Source: Alphaproteobacteria bacterium
Lineage (GTDB): Bacteria; Pseudomonadota; Alphaproteobacteria; UBA7887
Reading direction: 5' to 3'
DNA length: 64,000 bases
Assembly (NCBI GenBank): GCA_047517485.1
Contig: JAKZSU010000012.1
Span: 643 to 64,642, forward strand
Positions 20,137 through 29,835 of the stretch are shown here, piece by piece. Each line of letters starts with the position of its first letter. Position 1 is the stretch's first letter. The translations under genes were made by a program, and so were the position numbers. The notes below the pieces were generated by a model, which was given only the letters and a program-made list of their open reading frames with translations, made no database searches and was not told the DNA's origin.

Positions 20137-20400
20137 AGCATGCCATCTCTTAATGGAACCGGTTTGATGGGCCAAATTGGCTTTTCGGGTAGGCGCGGCG
20201 CGATGGGCGATGTGTGTGCATCGGCAGAGCGTCGCAACGCACCAGAAAAGCCAAGTTGGCCCACCGAAGGCCGCGTTCCCGCAGCCCCTGGCCGCGTCGC
20301 GCGCCTTGCCCGATGCACCCACATCGCGCGGCGCCGCGCTCCTAGCCAGGGGCTGCGGGAACGCGGTCAAACCGGTTCCATTAAGAGATGACATGCTCTA
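20134..20400. repeat. ~267-bp nested inverted-repeat (multi-hairpin) element in the spoT to DUF2062 intergenic region
   Basis: Outer 34-nt arms at 20134-20167 and 20367-20400 (1 mismatch). Inner perfect 22-nt inverted repeat at 20271-20292 / 20345-20366. A second hairpin lies at 20169-20186 / 20245-20262 (1 mismatch). The two hairpin loops are about 75-80% complementary to each other. Confidence 0.7.
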
Positions 20401-20433
20401 AATCCGGCTTGAGCAGGCATTTCGGGGGCACCG

Positions 20434-21024
20434 GTGTTTGGTAGGCGACAGCGTCTCGCATGGACGGATTGGGTAGGCCGAATTTTCTGGCCGCGAACCG
20501 GTTGGCGTCGCGCCGGTGCCTATTTCAGCCATCGGGTCAGGCGTTTGCCCGGGTCTCCGTACAGCATCGCGGTTGGTGTCGCGTGCGGTGTCGCGGTCTC
20601 GTTCACGCCGCTGATCGGATTGCATTTCGTTATCGCCGTGATTCTGGCGTGGCTGCTCGGCGGCAGTCTAATCGCTTCGGCGCTCGGCACCGCGGTCGGC
20701 AATCCCTGGACGTTTCCGCTGATTTGGATCGCCAGTTATCGTCTGGGGTCGTGGATGCTTGGATTGGAGCCCAATGTCGATGGGTTGACGATGGAGGACA
20801 TTCGGCAAAACTTTTTGGCGGTGTTCTTGCCGATGATGGTCGGCGGGCTGGTGTTGGGCATTGTTGCGTGGCTGGGCTCGTTCTGGCTTGTCCGACGCGC
20901 GGTCTCGCGCTATCAGCTCATCCGCCTGTCGCGGATTCGCCGCCGTGCGGAACGGAGCGCGGTGGCGCAGATCAAAGAGGCCTCCGGCGATGACAGCCGT
21001 CAAGGTGGCCCCGACGCCGGTTAA
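20434..21024 (+). CDS. DUF2062-like polytopic membrane protein
   Basis: Three to four TM segments with an arginine-rich N-terminus. Its position immediately upstream of pdxJ is a common alphaproteobacterial arrangement. Family assigned from memory. Confidence 0.6.
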   Translation: MFGRRQRLAWTDWVGRIFWPRTGWRRAGAYFSHRVRRLPGSPYSIAVGVACGVAVSFTPLIGLHFVIAVILAWLLGGSLIASALGTAVGNPWTFPLIWIASYRLGSWMLGLEPNVDGLTMEDIRQNFLAVFLPMMVGGLVLGIVAWLGSFWLVRRAVSRYQLIRLSRIRRRAERSAVAQIKEASGDDSRQGGPDAG

Positions 21025-21053
21025 AGATTACGGCGTGCGATTGGAGAGCGGAA

Positions 21054-21815
21054 ATGGGTGACACGGAATTTCTTCGACTAGGCGTCAATATCGACCATGT
21101 CGCGACCATCCGTAACGCGCGCGGTGGCCGCCACCCCGATCCGGTGCGCGCCGCGCGGGTCGCCGCCGATGCCGGCGCCGACGGCATCACCGCCCATCTT
21201 CGCGAAGACCGCCGGCATATTTCAGACGATGATATTCGCCGGCTGGAATTGGAAATCGCGCTGCCGCTCAATCTTGAAATGGCGGCGACCGAGGAGATGT
21301 TGGATATCGCCCTGGCGACGGCGCCCGATCATGTTTGCCTGGTGCCGGAAAAACGCGCCGAACTCACCACCGAGGGCGGCCTCGATGTCGCCGCGCAGCA
21401 CGGCCATTTGGCGACCTTCGTCTCACGGCTCCGTGATGCCTCGGTGCGGGTTTCGTTATTTATCGATCCCGATCTGGTGCAGATAGCCGTCGCCGAGGCC
21501 CTCGGGGCGCACTGCGTCGAGCTCCATACCGGCGCGTATTGCGACGCCACCGAGGCGGTTCGCGACGTCGAGTTCGAACGCCTGAAATTGGCCGCGGTCG
21601 AAGCGACCTCGCGCGGCCTCGAATGCCATGCCGGACATGGTCTGAGTTTCGATACCGTTGGGCCGGTCGCCGCGATTGCTGAAATCGTCGAGCTCAACAT
21701 CGGCCATTTTCTCGTCGGCGAAGCGATTTTTGGTGGCCTCGAAAGCAGCATCAAACGGATGCGGGCCTTGATGGACAAGGCGCGCGCCGATGCCAGCGGC
21801 AGGCGAAGCGCATGA
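21054..21815 (+). CDS. pdxJ: pyridoxine 5'-phosphate synthase
   Basis: LGVNIDHVATIRNARG...DPDL.Q...ELHTG signature. Confidence 0.9.
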   Translation: MGDTEFLRLGVNIDHVATIRNARGGRHPDPVRAARVAADAGADGITAHLREDRRHISDDDIRRLELEIALPLNLEMAATEEMLDIALATAPDHVCLVPEKRAELTTEGGLDVAAQHGHLATFVSRLRDASVRVSLFIDPDLVQIAVAEALGAHCVELHTGAYCDATEAVRDVEFERLKLAAVEATSRGLECHAGHGLSFDTVGPVAAIAEIVELNIGHFLVGEAIFGGLESSIKRMRALMDKARADASGRRSA

Positions 21816-22225
21816 TCATCGGGATCGGCCACGATGTGTGCGACGCCGCTCGCATCGAAAAGACCCTCGAACGGTTCGGCGACCGTTTTACCCATCGCGC
21901 CTTTACCGCGCTTGAGCGCGAAAAATGCGATCGCCGGGCCAAGCGGGCGGACTCCTACGCCCGCCGTTTCGCCGCCAAGGAGGCGTGCTCGAAGGCTTTG
22001 GGAACCGGCTTTCGACGCGGTGTCCATCTCGCGACCATCGGCGTGGTCAACTTGCCGGGCGGCAAACCAACCTTGGAATTAACCGACGGGGCGTTGGACA
22101 GATTACGCGAGATCACGCCCGCTGGGACGGTGGCGAGAATCGATGTTTCGCTGACCGACGATCGCGGTCTTGCCTATGCCATCGTGTTGATCACCGCGGT
22201 TCCGAATACACCCGTGGCGGATTGA
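21812..22225 (+). CDS. acpS: holo-[acyl-carrier-protein] synthase
   Basis: MIIGIGHDV...FAAKEA AcpS signature. 4-bp overlap with pdxJ. Confidence 0.85.
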   Translation: MIIGIGHDVCDAARIEKTLERFGDRFTHRAFTALEREKCDRRAKRADSYARRFAAKEACSKALGTGFRRGVHLATIGVVNLPGGKPTLELTDGALDRLREITPAGTVARIDVSLTDDRGLAYAIVLITAVPNTPVAD

Positions 22226-22304
22226 CGCTATTAATAGGCGTTGCATCGCGGACGCCGCCGAATACAGTGCGCCAAACCGAGACGATTGGCCAAAGGATAC
22301 ACAG

Positions 22305-23099
22305 ATGACGGAAAACGGCGCAGATCCCAATGAACCGAGCGCGGCACGCGCGCGGTCAAAATCGGCTGGCGTGTTGAGCGGGTGGCTGGATACCTTCAAA
22401 ACTGTCTTCTACGCCATCATACTGGCGGTCGTCGTGCGGACTTTCGCCTATGAGCCGTTTCATATTCCGTCGGGCTCGATGATCCCTACCCTGCTAATCG
22501 GCGATTATCTGTTCGTGTCGAAGTTCTCCTACGGCTACAGCAAATATTCCTTCCCCTTCGGCAAGGGCATGTTCGAAGGCAGGGTTTGGGAAACCCCTCC
22601 CGAACGTGGCGACGTCATCGTGTTCAAGCTGCCGCGCGATAACGAAACCGACTATATCAAACGCCTAATCGGATTACCGGGCGATCGAATTCAGATGCGC
22701 GACGAGGTCTTGTTCATCAACAACGAAGCGGTGGAGCGGCGGCCGGTCGACGAGTACGACTACGAGGATGGCTTCGGGTTGGAGACCGTCAAAGTCCGCC
22801 AATACGTCGAGACCCTTCCCAATGGCGTGAGCTATCGGATCATCGAAAAGTCCGACCGTGGGACTCTCGATGACACCGAGGTCTATGTGGTTCCTGACGG
22901 GCATTACTTCTTCATGGGTGACAATCGCGACGGCTCGTCCGACAGCCGCGTGCTCAGCAATGTCGGCTATGTTCCTGTCGAAAACCTCGTTGGCCGCGCC
23001 GAAGTGCTGTTTTTCTCGACCGACGGAACCGCGAAATTCTGGCAAGTTTGGAAGTGGCCCTTCGCGACCCGATTCAGCCGGTTCGGCAACTTCCTGTGA
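22305..23099 (+). CDS. lepB: signal peptidase I
   Basis: SGSMIPTL (Ser box), YIKRLIGLPGD (Lys box) and GDNRDGSSDSR. Confidence 0.9.
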   Translation: MTENGADPNEPSAARARSKSAGVLSGWLDTFKTVFYAIILAVVVRTFAYEPFHIPSGSMIPTLLIGDYLFVSKFSYGYSKYSFPFGKGMFEGRVWETPPERGDVIVFKLPRDNETDYIKRLIGLPGDRIQMRDEVLFINNEAVERRPVDEYDYEDGFGLETVKVRQYVETLPNGVSYRIIEKSDRGTLDDTEVYVVPDGHYFFMGDNRDGSSDSRVLSNVGYVPVENLVGRAEVLFFSTDGTAKFWQVWKWPFATRFSRFGNFL

Positions 23100-23803
23100 C
23101 CGCGGCGCGGATCCCCAACGCTCTCACCGATCTCACCGCCGCCCTCGGCCTGTCGTTCAACGATCCCGAACTGTTGGTCGAAGCGATGACCCATCCCAGC
23201 GTGGCGTCGGGGCCTGCGCGTAAACGCCGAAGTTATCAGCGCCTCGAATGGCTGGGCGACCGGGTTCTGGGGCTCATCGTCGCGGATCAGCTGTTTCGGT
23301 CGTTTCCCGACGAAGAGGAGGGGCCATTGGCGCGTCGCATGGCGGCCTTGGCGAGCGAGGCCAGTCTCGCCAAAGTCGCCCGCGAAATCGATCTCGGGCG
23401 CTATTTGATCATGGACGGTGGCGAGGCGGCGAACCGCGGCGGCGAAAACGCCGCCAATCTCGCCGATGCGTGCGAGGCGTTGATCGGCGCGCTCTACGTC
23501 GATGCCGGTCTCGAAGCCGCGCGCAAGTTCGTCGAGGCGCGATGGGCGCCGATGATCGCCGAACAGGGCGCGCCGCCCAAGGATGCCAAATCGGCGCTGC
23601 AGGAATGGGCCCAGGCGCGCGGTATTGGATTGCCGAAATATCAGGTTGTCGCCAGCGACGGGCCAGATCACCGCCCGACCTTCACGATCGCGGTCGAGGT
23701 CGAGGGCCACGGCGCCGCGGAGGCCGACGGCAGCGGCAAGCGCGAGGCCGAGACCAAGGCGGCGCAACGCTTGCTCGACAAGCTGGAGCCGGCCGGTGAG
23801 TGA
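23096..23803 (+). CDS. rnc: ribonuclease III
   Basis: RNase III signature ERLEWLGDRVL and a C-terminal dsRBD. The GTG start overlaps the lepB stop; the track ORF 23048 is slightly longer. Confidence 0.85.
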   Translation: MTAARIPNALTDLTAALGLSFNDPELLVEAMTHPSVASGPARKRRSYQRLEWLGDRVLGLIVADQLFRSFPDEEEGPLARRMAALASEASLAKVAREIDLGRYLIMDGGEAANRGGENAANLADACEALIGALYVDAGLEAARKFVEARWAPMIAEQGAPPKDAKSALQEWAQARGIGLPKYQVVASDGPDHRPTFTIAVEVEGHGAAEADGSGKREAETKAAQRLLDKLEPAGE

Positions 23804-24722
23804 TGGACACGCGATCCACCGGTGCGGCTTTGTCGCTCTCATCGGCGCCCCCAATGTCGGCAAGTCGACCTTGCTCAACTGGATGGTGGGCACCAAGGTT
23901 TCGATCGTCAGCCCCAAGGTGCAGACCACCCGCTCGCGCGTGCTCGGGATCGCGATGGCGGATGCGGCGCAGATTATTTTCATCGATACCCCGGGCGTGT
24001 TCGCGCCGAAAAAGCGGCTCGAGCGCGCCATGGTGTCGGCGGCGTGGGGCGGGGCGCGGGACGCCGACGAGATTGTCGTCTTGATCGACGCGCGGCGCGG
24101 TGTCGACAAGGATTCGCGGCTGATCATCGATCGCCTGCGCAATGACCGCCGATCCGCGACTTTGGCGATCAACAAGGTCGATGCGGTGCGGCGCGATAGT
24201 CTGCTGGCGCTCGCCGCAGAACTCGACCGCGAGCGGATCGAGTCGGGCGAGCGCCTGTTCGCGGACTCGTTCATGATATCCGCGCTGACCGGCGATGGCG
24301 TGCCGGACCTCCGCGACTTTCTCGTCGCCCGGGTACCGGAAGGTCCCTGGCACTATCCCGAGGACCAGGCCGCCGACATGCCGCTGCGCCTGCTTGCCGC
24401 CGAGATCACCCGGGAAAAAGTCTTCATTCAGTTGTCGCAGGAACTGCCCTACGCCGTCGCCGTCGAGACCGAGGCGTGGGAGGATCGGGACGATGGCAGC
24501 ACCCGCGTCGGCCAGATCATTTATGTGCGTCGCGACAGCCAGAAGATGATCGTGCTCGGCAAGGGGGGACGCCGGATCAAGGCGATCGGCAGCGCGTCGC
24601 GGCAGGATCTGGAGCAGATACTCGAGCACCGGGTTCATCTTTTCATTCACGTCAAGGTCCGCGAAGGATGGCAGGAAGATCGCGAGCGCTATCGCGACCT
24701 CGGCCTCGATTTCGACGTGTAG
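23796..24722 (+). CDS. era: GTPase Era
   Basis: G1 GAPNVGKST, G3 DTPG, NKVD and a C-terminal KH domain. GTG at 23796 overlaps the rnc stop. Confidence 0.9.
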   Translation: MSDGHAIHRCGFVALIGAPNVGKSTLLNWMVGTKVSIVSPKVQTTRSRVLGIAMADAAQIIFIDTPGVFAPKKRLERAMVSAAWGGARDADEIVVLIDARRGVDKDSRLIIDRLRNDRRSATLAINKVDAVRRDSLLALAAELDRERIESGERLFADSFMISALTGDGVPDLRDFLVARVPEGPWHYPEDQAADMPLRLLAAEITREKVFIQLSQELPYAVAVETEAWEDRDDGSTRVGQIIYVRRDSQKMIVLGKGGRRIKAIGSASRQDLEQILEHRVHLFIHVKVREGWQEDRERYRDLGLDFDV

Positions 24723-24728
24723 ACCGCC

Positions 24729-25478
24729 ATGGAGTGGCGCGAGGAAGCGGTCGTGCTGTCGAGCCGAAGACATGGCGAATCCGCCTTGATCGTCAGCGTG
24801 ATGACCGAGGGGCATGGCCGCCATGCCGGGTTGATCCGCGGCGGCGGCGCGCGGGCGTCTCGCGGCGTGTTCCAGCCCGGCAATCAGATCGCCTGCGCCT
24901 GGCGCGCGCGTCTCGCCAGCCATCTCGGAACCTTCACCGCGGAATTGGTCAAACCGCGGGCCGCCGACCTGCTCGATGACGCGGGTCGCCTCGCCGGCTT
25001 GAGTTCGGCGTGCGCGGTCTTGGACACCATGTTGCCGGAGCGCCAACCCCATTCGGCGGTCTATCGCGGTTTGGTCGTGCTCCTCGATTCGCTGATCGAC
25101 CGAGAACACGAAAGCGCGGCGTGGGGCGCCGCATACGTGGGTTGGGAATTGGGCGTGCTGCGCGAACTCGGCTTCGGCCTCGATTTGTCGTCGTGCGCCG
25201 CGACCGGGACGACCGAGGATTTGGTCTGGGTATCGCCGCGGACCGGTCGCGCGGTCTCGCGATCCGCCGGTGCTCGGTATGCCGACCGCATGCTGGTTTT
25301 GCCCGGATTTCTTGTCGGCGCCGAGCCCGCGACCATAGTCGCGATCCTCACGGGTCTCCGCTTGACCGGCCATTTTCTCGGCCGCCACGGGCTGCATGGC
25401 AAGGACACGTCCTTGCCTGCGGCGCGCGACCGCCTGTTGGCCATATTGGGGCGTGAAACCCCCATATCTGGTGGTTGA
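24729..25478 (+). CDS. recO: DNA repair protein RecO
   Basis: ~249 aa RecO-like N-terminal OB region. Its position after era is the conserved rnc-era-recO order. Confidence 0.8.
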   Translation: MEWREEAVVLSSRRHGESALIVSVMTEGHGRHAGLIRGGGARASRGVFQPGNQIACAWRARLASHLGTFTAELVKPRAADLLDDAGRLAGLSSACAVLDTMLPERQPHSAVYRGLVVLLDSLIDREHESAAWGAAYVGWELGVLRELGFGLDLSSCAATGTTEDLVWVSPRTGRAVSRSAGARYADRMLVLPGFLVGAEPATIVAILTGLRLTGHFLGRHGLHGKDTSLPAARDRLLAILGRETPISGG

Positions 25479-25500
25479 TGTCAGTATTCCATGCTAGAAA

Positions 25501-27735
25501 TTGAATATGGCCCGCAAGACTGATAGCGCCCAGATTATCCCCGTATCCCTCGCCGAGAGTTTGAGCGAACGCTATTTGTCGTATGCCATGTCGACGATCA
25601 TGGCGCGCTCGCTGCCCGACGTTCGCGACGGCTTGAAACCTGTACATCGCCGTCTGCTTTACGCCATGCGGCAGCTCAAACTCGACCCCAAGTCCGGCTT
25701 CAAGAAATGCGCGCGGGTGGTTGGCGACGTGATCGGCAAATATCATCCGCACGGCGAATCCGCTGTCTATGACGCGATGGTCCGCCTCGCGCAGGATTTC
25801 GCGGTGCGCTATCCGCTGGTCGACGGGCAGGGGAATTTCGGCAATGTCGACGGCGATGGCGCGGCGGCGATGCGCTATACCGAGGCCCGCCTGACCGATG
25901 TCGCCGAGGCCTTGCTCGAAGGGATCGACCAGGGCACGGTCGATTTTCGCGACACCTATGATGGCGAGGAATCCGAGCCCGTGGTGTTGCCCGCGGCCTT
26001 TCCCAACCTGCTGGCCAACGGCGCCAACGGTATCGCGGTCGGCATGGCGACCTCGATTCCACCGCACAACGCGCATGAATTGTGTGACGCCCTGATCCAC
26101 TTGATCAAGACGCCGAACGCGCGCATCGAGACCCTGGTCGACATGGTGCCGGGACCCGATTTCCCCACCGGCGGGGTGCTGGTCGAAAGCCGCGCGGCGA
26201 TCGTCGAGGCCTATGCCAGCGGGCGTGGCGCGTTTCGCGTGCGCAGTTGCTGGCAGCTCGAGAAAATCGGTCACGGTCAATATCAGATTATCGTCACCGA
26301 GCTGCCGTACCAGGTTCCCAAGGCGCGTTTGATCGAGAAAGTCGCCGACCTGATGGCGGCCAAGAAGCTGCCGTGGCTTAGCGATATCGTCGACGAATCA
26401 GCGGAAGACGTGCGCATCGTATTGGTGCCGAAATCGCGCGGCGTCAAAGCCGAGGCGTTGATGGAATCGTTGTTCCGCGTCACCGAGTTCGAGGCCAGGG
26501 TCTCGCTCAACCTCAATGTGCTCGACGCCGACAACCGCCCGCGTGTCATGTCGTTGCGCGATGCGCTGCAGGCGTTTCTCGACCATCGCCGGGTCGTGCT
26601 CCAGCGCCGAAGCGCCCATCGATTGGCCCAGATCGAACGTCGGCTCGAGGTCTTGGGCGGCTATTTGATCGCCTACGTCAATCTCGACGAAATGATCCGC
26701 ATCATCCGCGAGGAGGATGAGCCCAAAGCGGTGATGATCGCGCGCTGGGACCTGAGCGAGGTCCAGGCCGAAGCCATCCTCAACATGCGATTGCGCAATT
26801 TGCGCAAACTCGAAGAAATCGAAATTCGCCAAGAGCTGATTGGTCTCAGCGACGAGCAAGCTGCGTTGGAGGCCTTGCTCGGCGACGAGAAGGCGCAGTG
26901 GCGGCGGATTACCGAAGAGATCAAGGGCATCCGTAAACGCTTCGGCAAGGACACCAAACTGGGTGCGCGGCGAACCGAGATCGGCGCCGCGCCGACCGCC
27001 GAAATCGTTCCCCTCGAGGCGATGGTCGAGCGCGAACCGGTGACCGTGATCTGTACCGAAAAGGGGTGGATCCGCGCCGCCAGGGGGCATCTCGCCGACG
27101 ATGTCGAGCTCAAGTTCAAGGAAGGCGATCGGTTATGGTTGCGGGTTCATGCCTATTCGACCGACAAAATTTTGGTCTTCGCGACCAACGGCCGGTTCTA
27201 CACCCTCGGCTGTGATCGATTGCCCGGCGGACGCGGGTTCGGCGAGCCGTTGCGGATGATGATCGAGCTCGGCAACGACCATGATCTGGTCGCCCTGATG
27301 GTGCAAATGCCCGAACGCCGCTATCTCGTGGCGGCCAGCGACGGGCGCGGATTTCTCGTCGATACCGACGGTGTGGTCGCGCAAAAACGCGCCGGCAAAC
27401 AAGTGCTCAACGTCTCCGGCGAAGTCGAGGCGATACTCTGTGCGCCGGCCGACGGCGACCATATCGCGGTGATCGGCGAGAACCACAAGCTCCTCGTCTT
27501 CAAGATCGACGAGGTGCCGGTGATGACCCGCGGGCGCGGCGTCATTCTCCAGAAATTCAAGGATGGCGGCCTGTCCGACGCCCGCGCCTTCGCGTTGTCC
27601 GATGGCTTGAGTTGCCGCCAGGGATCGCGCATTCGGACCTTTGTGCAAGCGGAAATCGACGACTGGATCGGCCGTCGCGGCAACGCCGGACGCCTGGCGC
27701 CGAAGGGATTTCCAAAAAGCAACAGGTTCGCGTAA
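25501..27735 (+). CDS. parC: DNA topoisomerase IV subunit A
   Basis: GyrA/ParC N-terminal domain ([34 protein letters not shown]). The 744-aa length favours ParC over GyrA. Confidence 0.85.
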   Translation: MNMARKTDSAQIIPVSLAESLSERYLSYAMSTIMARSLPDVRDGLKPVHRRLLYAMRQLKLDPKSGFKKCARVVGDVIGKYHPHGESAVYDAMVRLAQDFAVRYPLVDGQGNFGNVDGDGAAAMRYTEARLTDVAEALLEGIDQGTVDFRDTYDGEESEPVVLPAAFPNLLANGANGIAVGMATSIPPHNAHELCDALIHLIKTPNARIETLVDMVPGPDFPTGGVLVESRAAIVEAYASGRGAFRVRSCWQLEKIGHGQYQIIVTELPYQVPKARLIEKVADLMAAKKLPWLSDIVDESAEDVRIVLVPKSRGVKAEALMESLFRVTEFEARVSLNLNVLDADNRPRVMSLRDALQAFLDHRRVVLQRRSAHRLAQIERRLEVLGGYLIAYVNLDEMIRIIREEDEPKAVMIARWDLSEVQAEAILNMRLRNLRKLEEIEIRQELIGLSDEQAALEALLGDEKAQWRRITEEIKGIRKRFGKDTKLGARRTEIGAAPTAEIVPLEAMVEREPVTVICTEKGWIRAARGHLADDVELKFKEGDRLWLRVHAYSTDKILVFATNGRFYTLGCDRLPGGRGFGEPLRMMIELGNDHDLVALMVQMPERRYLVAASDGRGFLVDTDGVVAQKRAGKQVLNVSGEVEAILCAPADGDHIAVIGENHKLLVFKIDEVPVMTRGRGVILQKFKDGGLSDARAFALSDGLSCRQGSRIRTFVQAEIDDWIGRRGNAGRLAPKGFPKSNRFA

Positions 27736-27745
27736 CCGACGAAGC

Positions 27746-28459
27746 CTATTCGGCGGCGAGTCCTTCGGCGTTCTCCACCGGCCGCGGCAGGCCGAGCCGC
27801 CCGAGCATCCGCTGTTTGACCACGGCGATCACCTGTTCGACCCGATCCGGCGAATAGCTGTCCCAACCAAGACTGCGCAAAATCACCGAATCCGTCTTGC
27901 AAAAAGTCAGGAAATCCCCCGCCAAGGCGGCGCTCAATACGCCCAGACGATCAGGGTCGGTCTCGCCGGTAGCGGCGGTCGCAAGTCTTTTCATGATCAT
28001 GTTGGCGGGCTTGAAGACCGCTTCATAAATTGGTTCCTCGCCGCTCGGCAGGCTGCTCATGGCGCGGATGAGCACCGTCACCCACCATTTCTCCCGCGCC
28101 GTCGGCAGCGCCGCGCCGAGGAAGGAGTCGACAAACCGCGACACCGCGCCGGCGAGTCGGTCGGGATCGCCGTCGGCCTCCTCTACGCCTTGCGACAGCG
28201 CCTCGAAAATGCCCCAGGTCTGGGTGGCGCAGGATGCGATGACGTGGTCGACGACAGCATCCTGAAGCCCCTTCTTGCCGCCGAAATAATAGGCGATCGC
28301 CGCCAGATTGACGCCCGCGGCACTGGTGATCTCGCGCGTCGAGAACGCGGCGCCGCCGCGCTCGGCATAGAACACGCCGGCGGTATGGAGCAGCCTTTCT
28401 CGGCAGCAACGAGGGTTGCTACAGAGCGACTCGAGGATTTTCTCGACACCTTTGGGCAT
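27746..28459 (-). CDS. TetR/AcrR-family transcriptional regulator
   Basis: N-terminal TetR HTH (RERLLHTAGVFYAERGGAAFSTREITSAAGVNLAAIAYYF). Confidence 0.75.
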   Translation of the reverse strand: MPKGVEKILESLCSNPRCCRERLLHTAGVFYAERGGAAFSTREITSAAGVNLAAIAYYFGGKKGLQDAVVDHVIASCATQTWGIFEALSQGVEEADGDPDRLAGAVSRFVDSFLGAALPTAREKWWVTVLIRAMSSLPSGEEPIYEAVFKPANMIMKRLATAATGETDPDRLGVLSAALAGDFLTFCKTDSVILRSLGWDSYSPDRVEQVIAVVKQRMLGRLGLPRPVENAEGLAAE

Positions 28460-28505
28460 GGGCCCTTCACATCGGATCCGAACGCGCGCCGACTATAGCC
28501 GACAG

Positions 28506-28536
28506 CTTACGCAGTGCAAGCACGTGTGTGCGTAAG
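28506..28536. promoter_or_regulatory. 31-bp palindrome (8-bp arms CTTACGCA...TGCGTAAG) about 50-75 bp upstream of the tetR start; candidate TetR operator
   Basis: A perfect 8-bp inverted repeat flanks a 15-bp spacer. It lies in the tetR promoter region, divergent from the small-protein / TRAP side. Confidence 0.35.
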
Positions 28537-28656
28537 ATTTAGCCGCCTCCCCGCGGCGAAGCGGGGAGGCGGTGAGCGAATCCGACCGTTTGTTTGCAGG
28601 CGCCGACGATGCGGCGTGGTCGCAGTCGCTCTACCCTAAATCCAGGCCGAATAGGG

Positions 28657-28992
28657 TCAGTGGCCGGCGGAGAGACCGCGCGGGTGCGTGTGCTCGGCGA
28701 TCTCGCGACCGGTAAGCGGCGCGGTGACCACGGTCGGGCGTTCGTCGGTGGTGCCGTGGGCGAAGGTGGTGGCGCGGGTATTGGCGGTCGCGCGGCCGGT
28801 GGAGGGCGTGGTGGCCTTGCTGATTGCATTGACGGTCGCGGTCACCGCGGTCGTCGCGACGGTCTTGGCATAAACGTTCGATGCCGGCATGGCATGGCTT
28901 GTCGCGATGAAAAACCCGCCGGCCATCGCCGTGGCAATCAGGGTTCGGGCAAAGGCGGAGGAGGTCTTGGTGAGGTTCGAGTGGCGGGTCAT
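28657..28992 (-). CDS. small secreted Thr/Ala-rich protein with His-rich C-terminus (hypothetical)
   Basis: AAGGGAA RBS 8 nt upstream of the ATG and a signal peptide ending SHA|MPA. The mature ~77-aa region has low complexity (TVATTAVTATV...HTHPRGLSAGH). The coding call is uncertain. Confidence 0.35.
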   Translation of the reverse strand: MTRHSNLTKTSSAFARTLIATAMAGGFFIATSHAMPASNVYAKTVATTAVTATVNAISKATTPSTGRATANTRATTFAHGTTDERPTVVTAPLTGREIAEHTHPRGLSAGH

Positions 28993-29280
28993 CGTTGCAT
29001 TCCCTTACGGTTCCAGGCTCGTATCGTGGCGATGGCACAGCTATGACACGGCGTGCGCGCGCGTCCTATGAAGCGGCTCACGGTCGCGGTGTGAACTACT
29101 TCATAAGGACGCACATGGGTTTTCGGAAAGGCGCAAAAACCGCAGCAATTTATTCGATTTTTCTGTCTTGGATCAGGTATTTCGTCGTCAGCGCCGCTTA
29201 TCACTTGGTCTCGGAGGCGGAATTCAATAGGTTTGCCGCTCTGATGAGCGAATCCGTCGAACGCTGGGGTACCGCGCGCC

Positions 29281-29823
29281 GTGAACGCACTGTTGGGCAT
29301 AGCCCGATTTATCGATAATTTCAACGACCGGGTCGGCCGCGCCGTTGCCTGGCTAACGCTTCTCATGGTGATCGTGACCGTCATCATCGTGGTGCTGCGC
29401 TATGGCTTCAACATCGGCTTCATATGGATGCAGGAATCGGTGCGTTTCATGCATGCGTTCGTGTTCCTGCTCTGCGCCGCCTATACCTATCGCCATAACG
29501 AGCATGTTCGGGTCGACATTTTCTATCTCAAGATGAGCGAGCGCGGCAAAGCGTGGATCGATTTGTTCGGCAATCTCGCCTTCATGATCCCGGTCTGTGG
29601 GGTCATCATCTGGTTCTCGATCGACTATGTGCTCAACAGCTGGTCCGCGCTGGAAGGCTCGCTCGAGGAGCGCGGGCTCCACGCCGTATTCCTGCTCAAG
29701 ACCTGCATCTGGATTTTCGCCGGCACCATGATCGCCCAGGCGCTCTCGCGAATCATCCACTGCATCGCCACCATCACCGGATTCGAGCACGAGTCTCCCG
29801 ACACTCACGAGCACGCGTTGTAG
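29281..29823 (+). CDS. dctQ: TRAP transporter small permease subunit
   Basis: Four-TM DctQ-like protein; immediately followed by dctM. Confidence 0.8.
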   Translation: MNALLGIARFIDNFNDRVGRAVAWLTLLMVIVTVIIVVLRYGFNIGFIWMQESVRFMHAFVFLLCAAYTYRHNEHVRVDIFYLKMSERGKAWIDLFGNLAFMIPVCGVIIWFSIDYVLNSWSALEGSLEERGLHAVFLLKTCIWIFAGTMIAQALSRIIHCIATITGFEHESPDTHEHAL

Positions 29824-29835
29824 GGGCGACGGCGG

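Noticed and set aside
20140-20401. Three small ORFs (60-83 aa, both strands) inside the spoT-downstream palindromic element
   Set aside because: They are mirror images of one another generated by the inverted repeats. No RBS was found and the composition is low-complexity, so the region is interpreted as a structured non-coding element.
28542-28572. GC-rich hairpin gccgcctccccgc-ggcgaa-gcggggaggcgg near the TetR palindrome
   Set aside because: A perfect 12-bp stem, but it is not followed by a T-tract on either strand, so it is not called as an intrinsic terminator. It may still form RNA structure.
28594-29046. 150-aa Gly-rich plus-strand ORF overlapping the small secreted-protein ORF
   Set aside because: No RBS or signal, and a Gly/Arg-rich composition typical of wrong-frame translation. 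The minus-strand ORF with RBS and signal peptide was preferred, itself at low confidence.
28995-29318. 107-aa plus-strand ORF upstream of and overlapping dctQ
   Set aside because: It overlaps the dctQ start and has no recognisable features. The region is more likely the dctQ promoter/leader.
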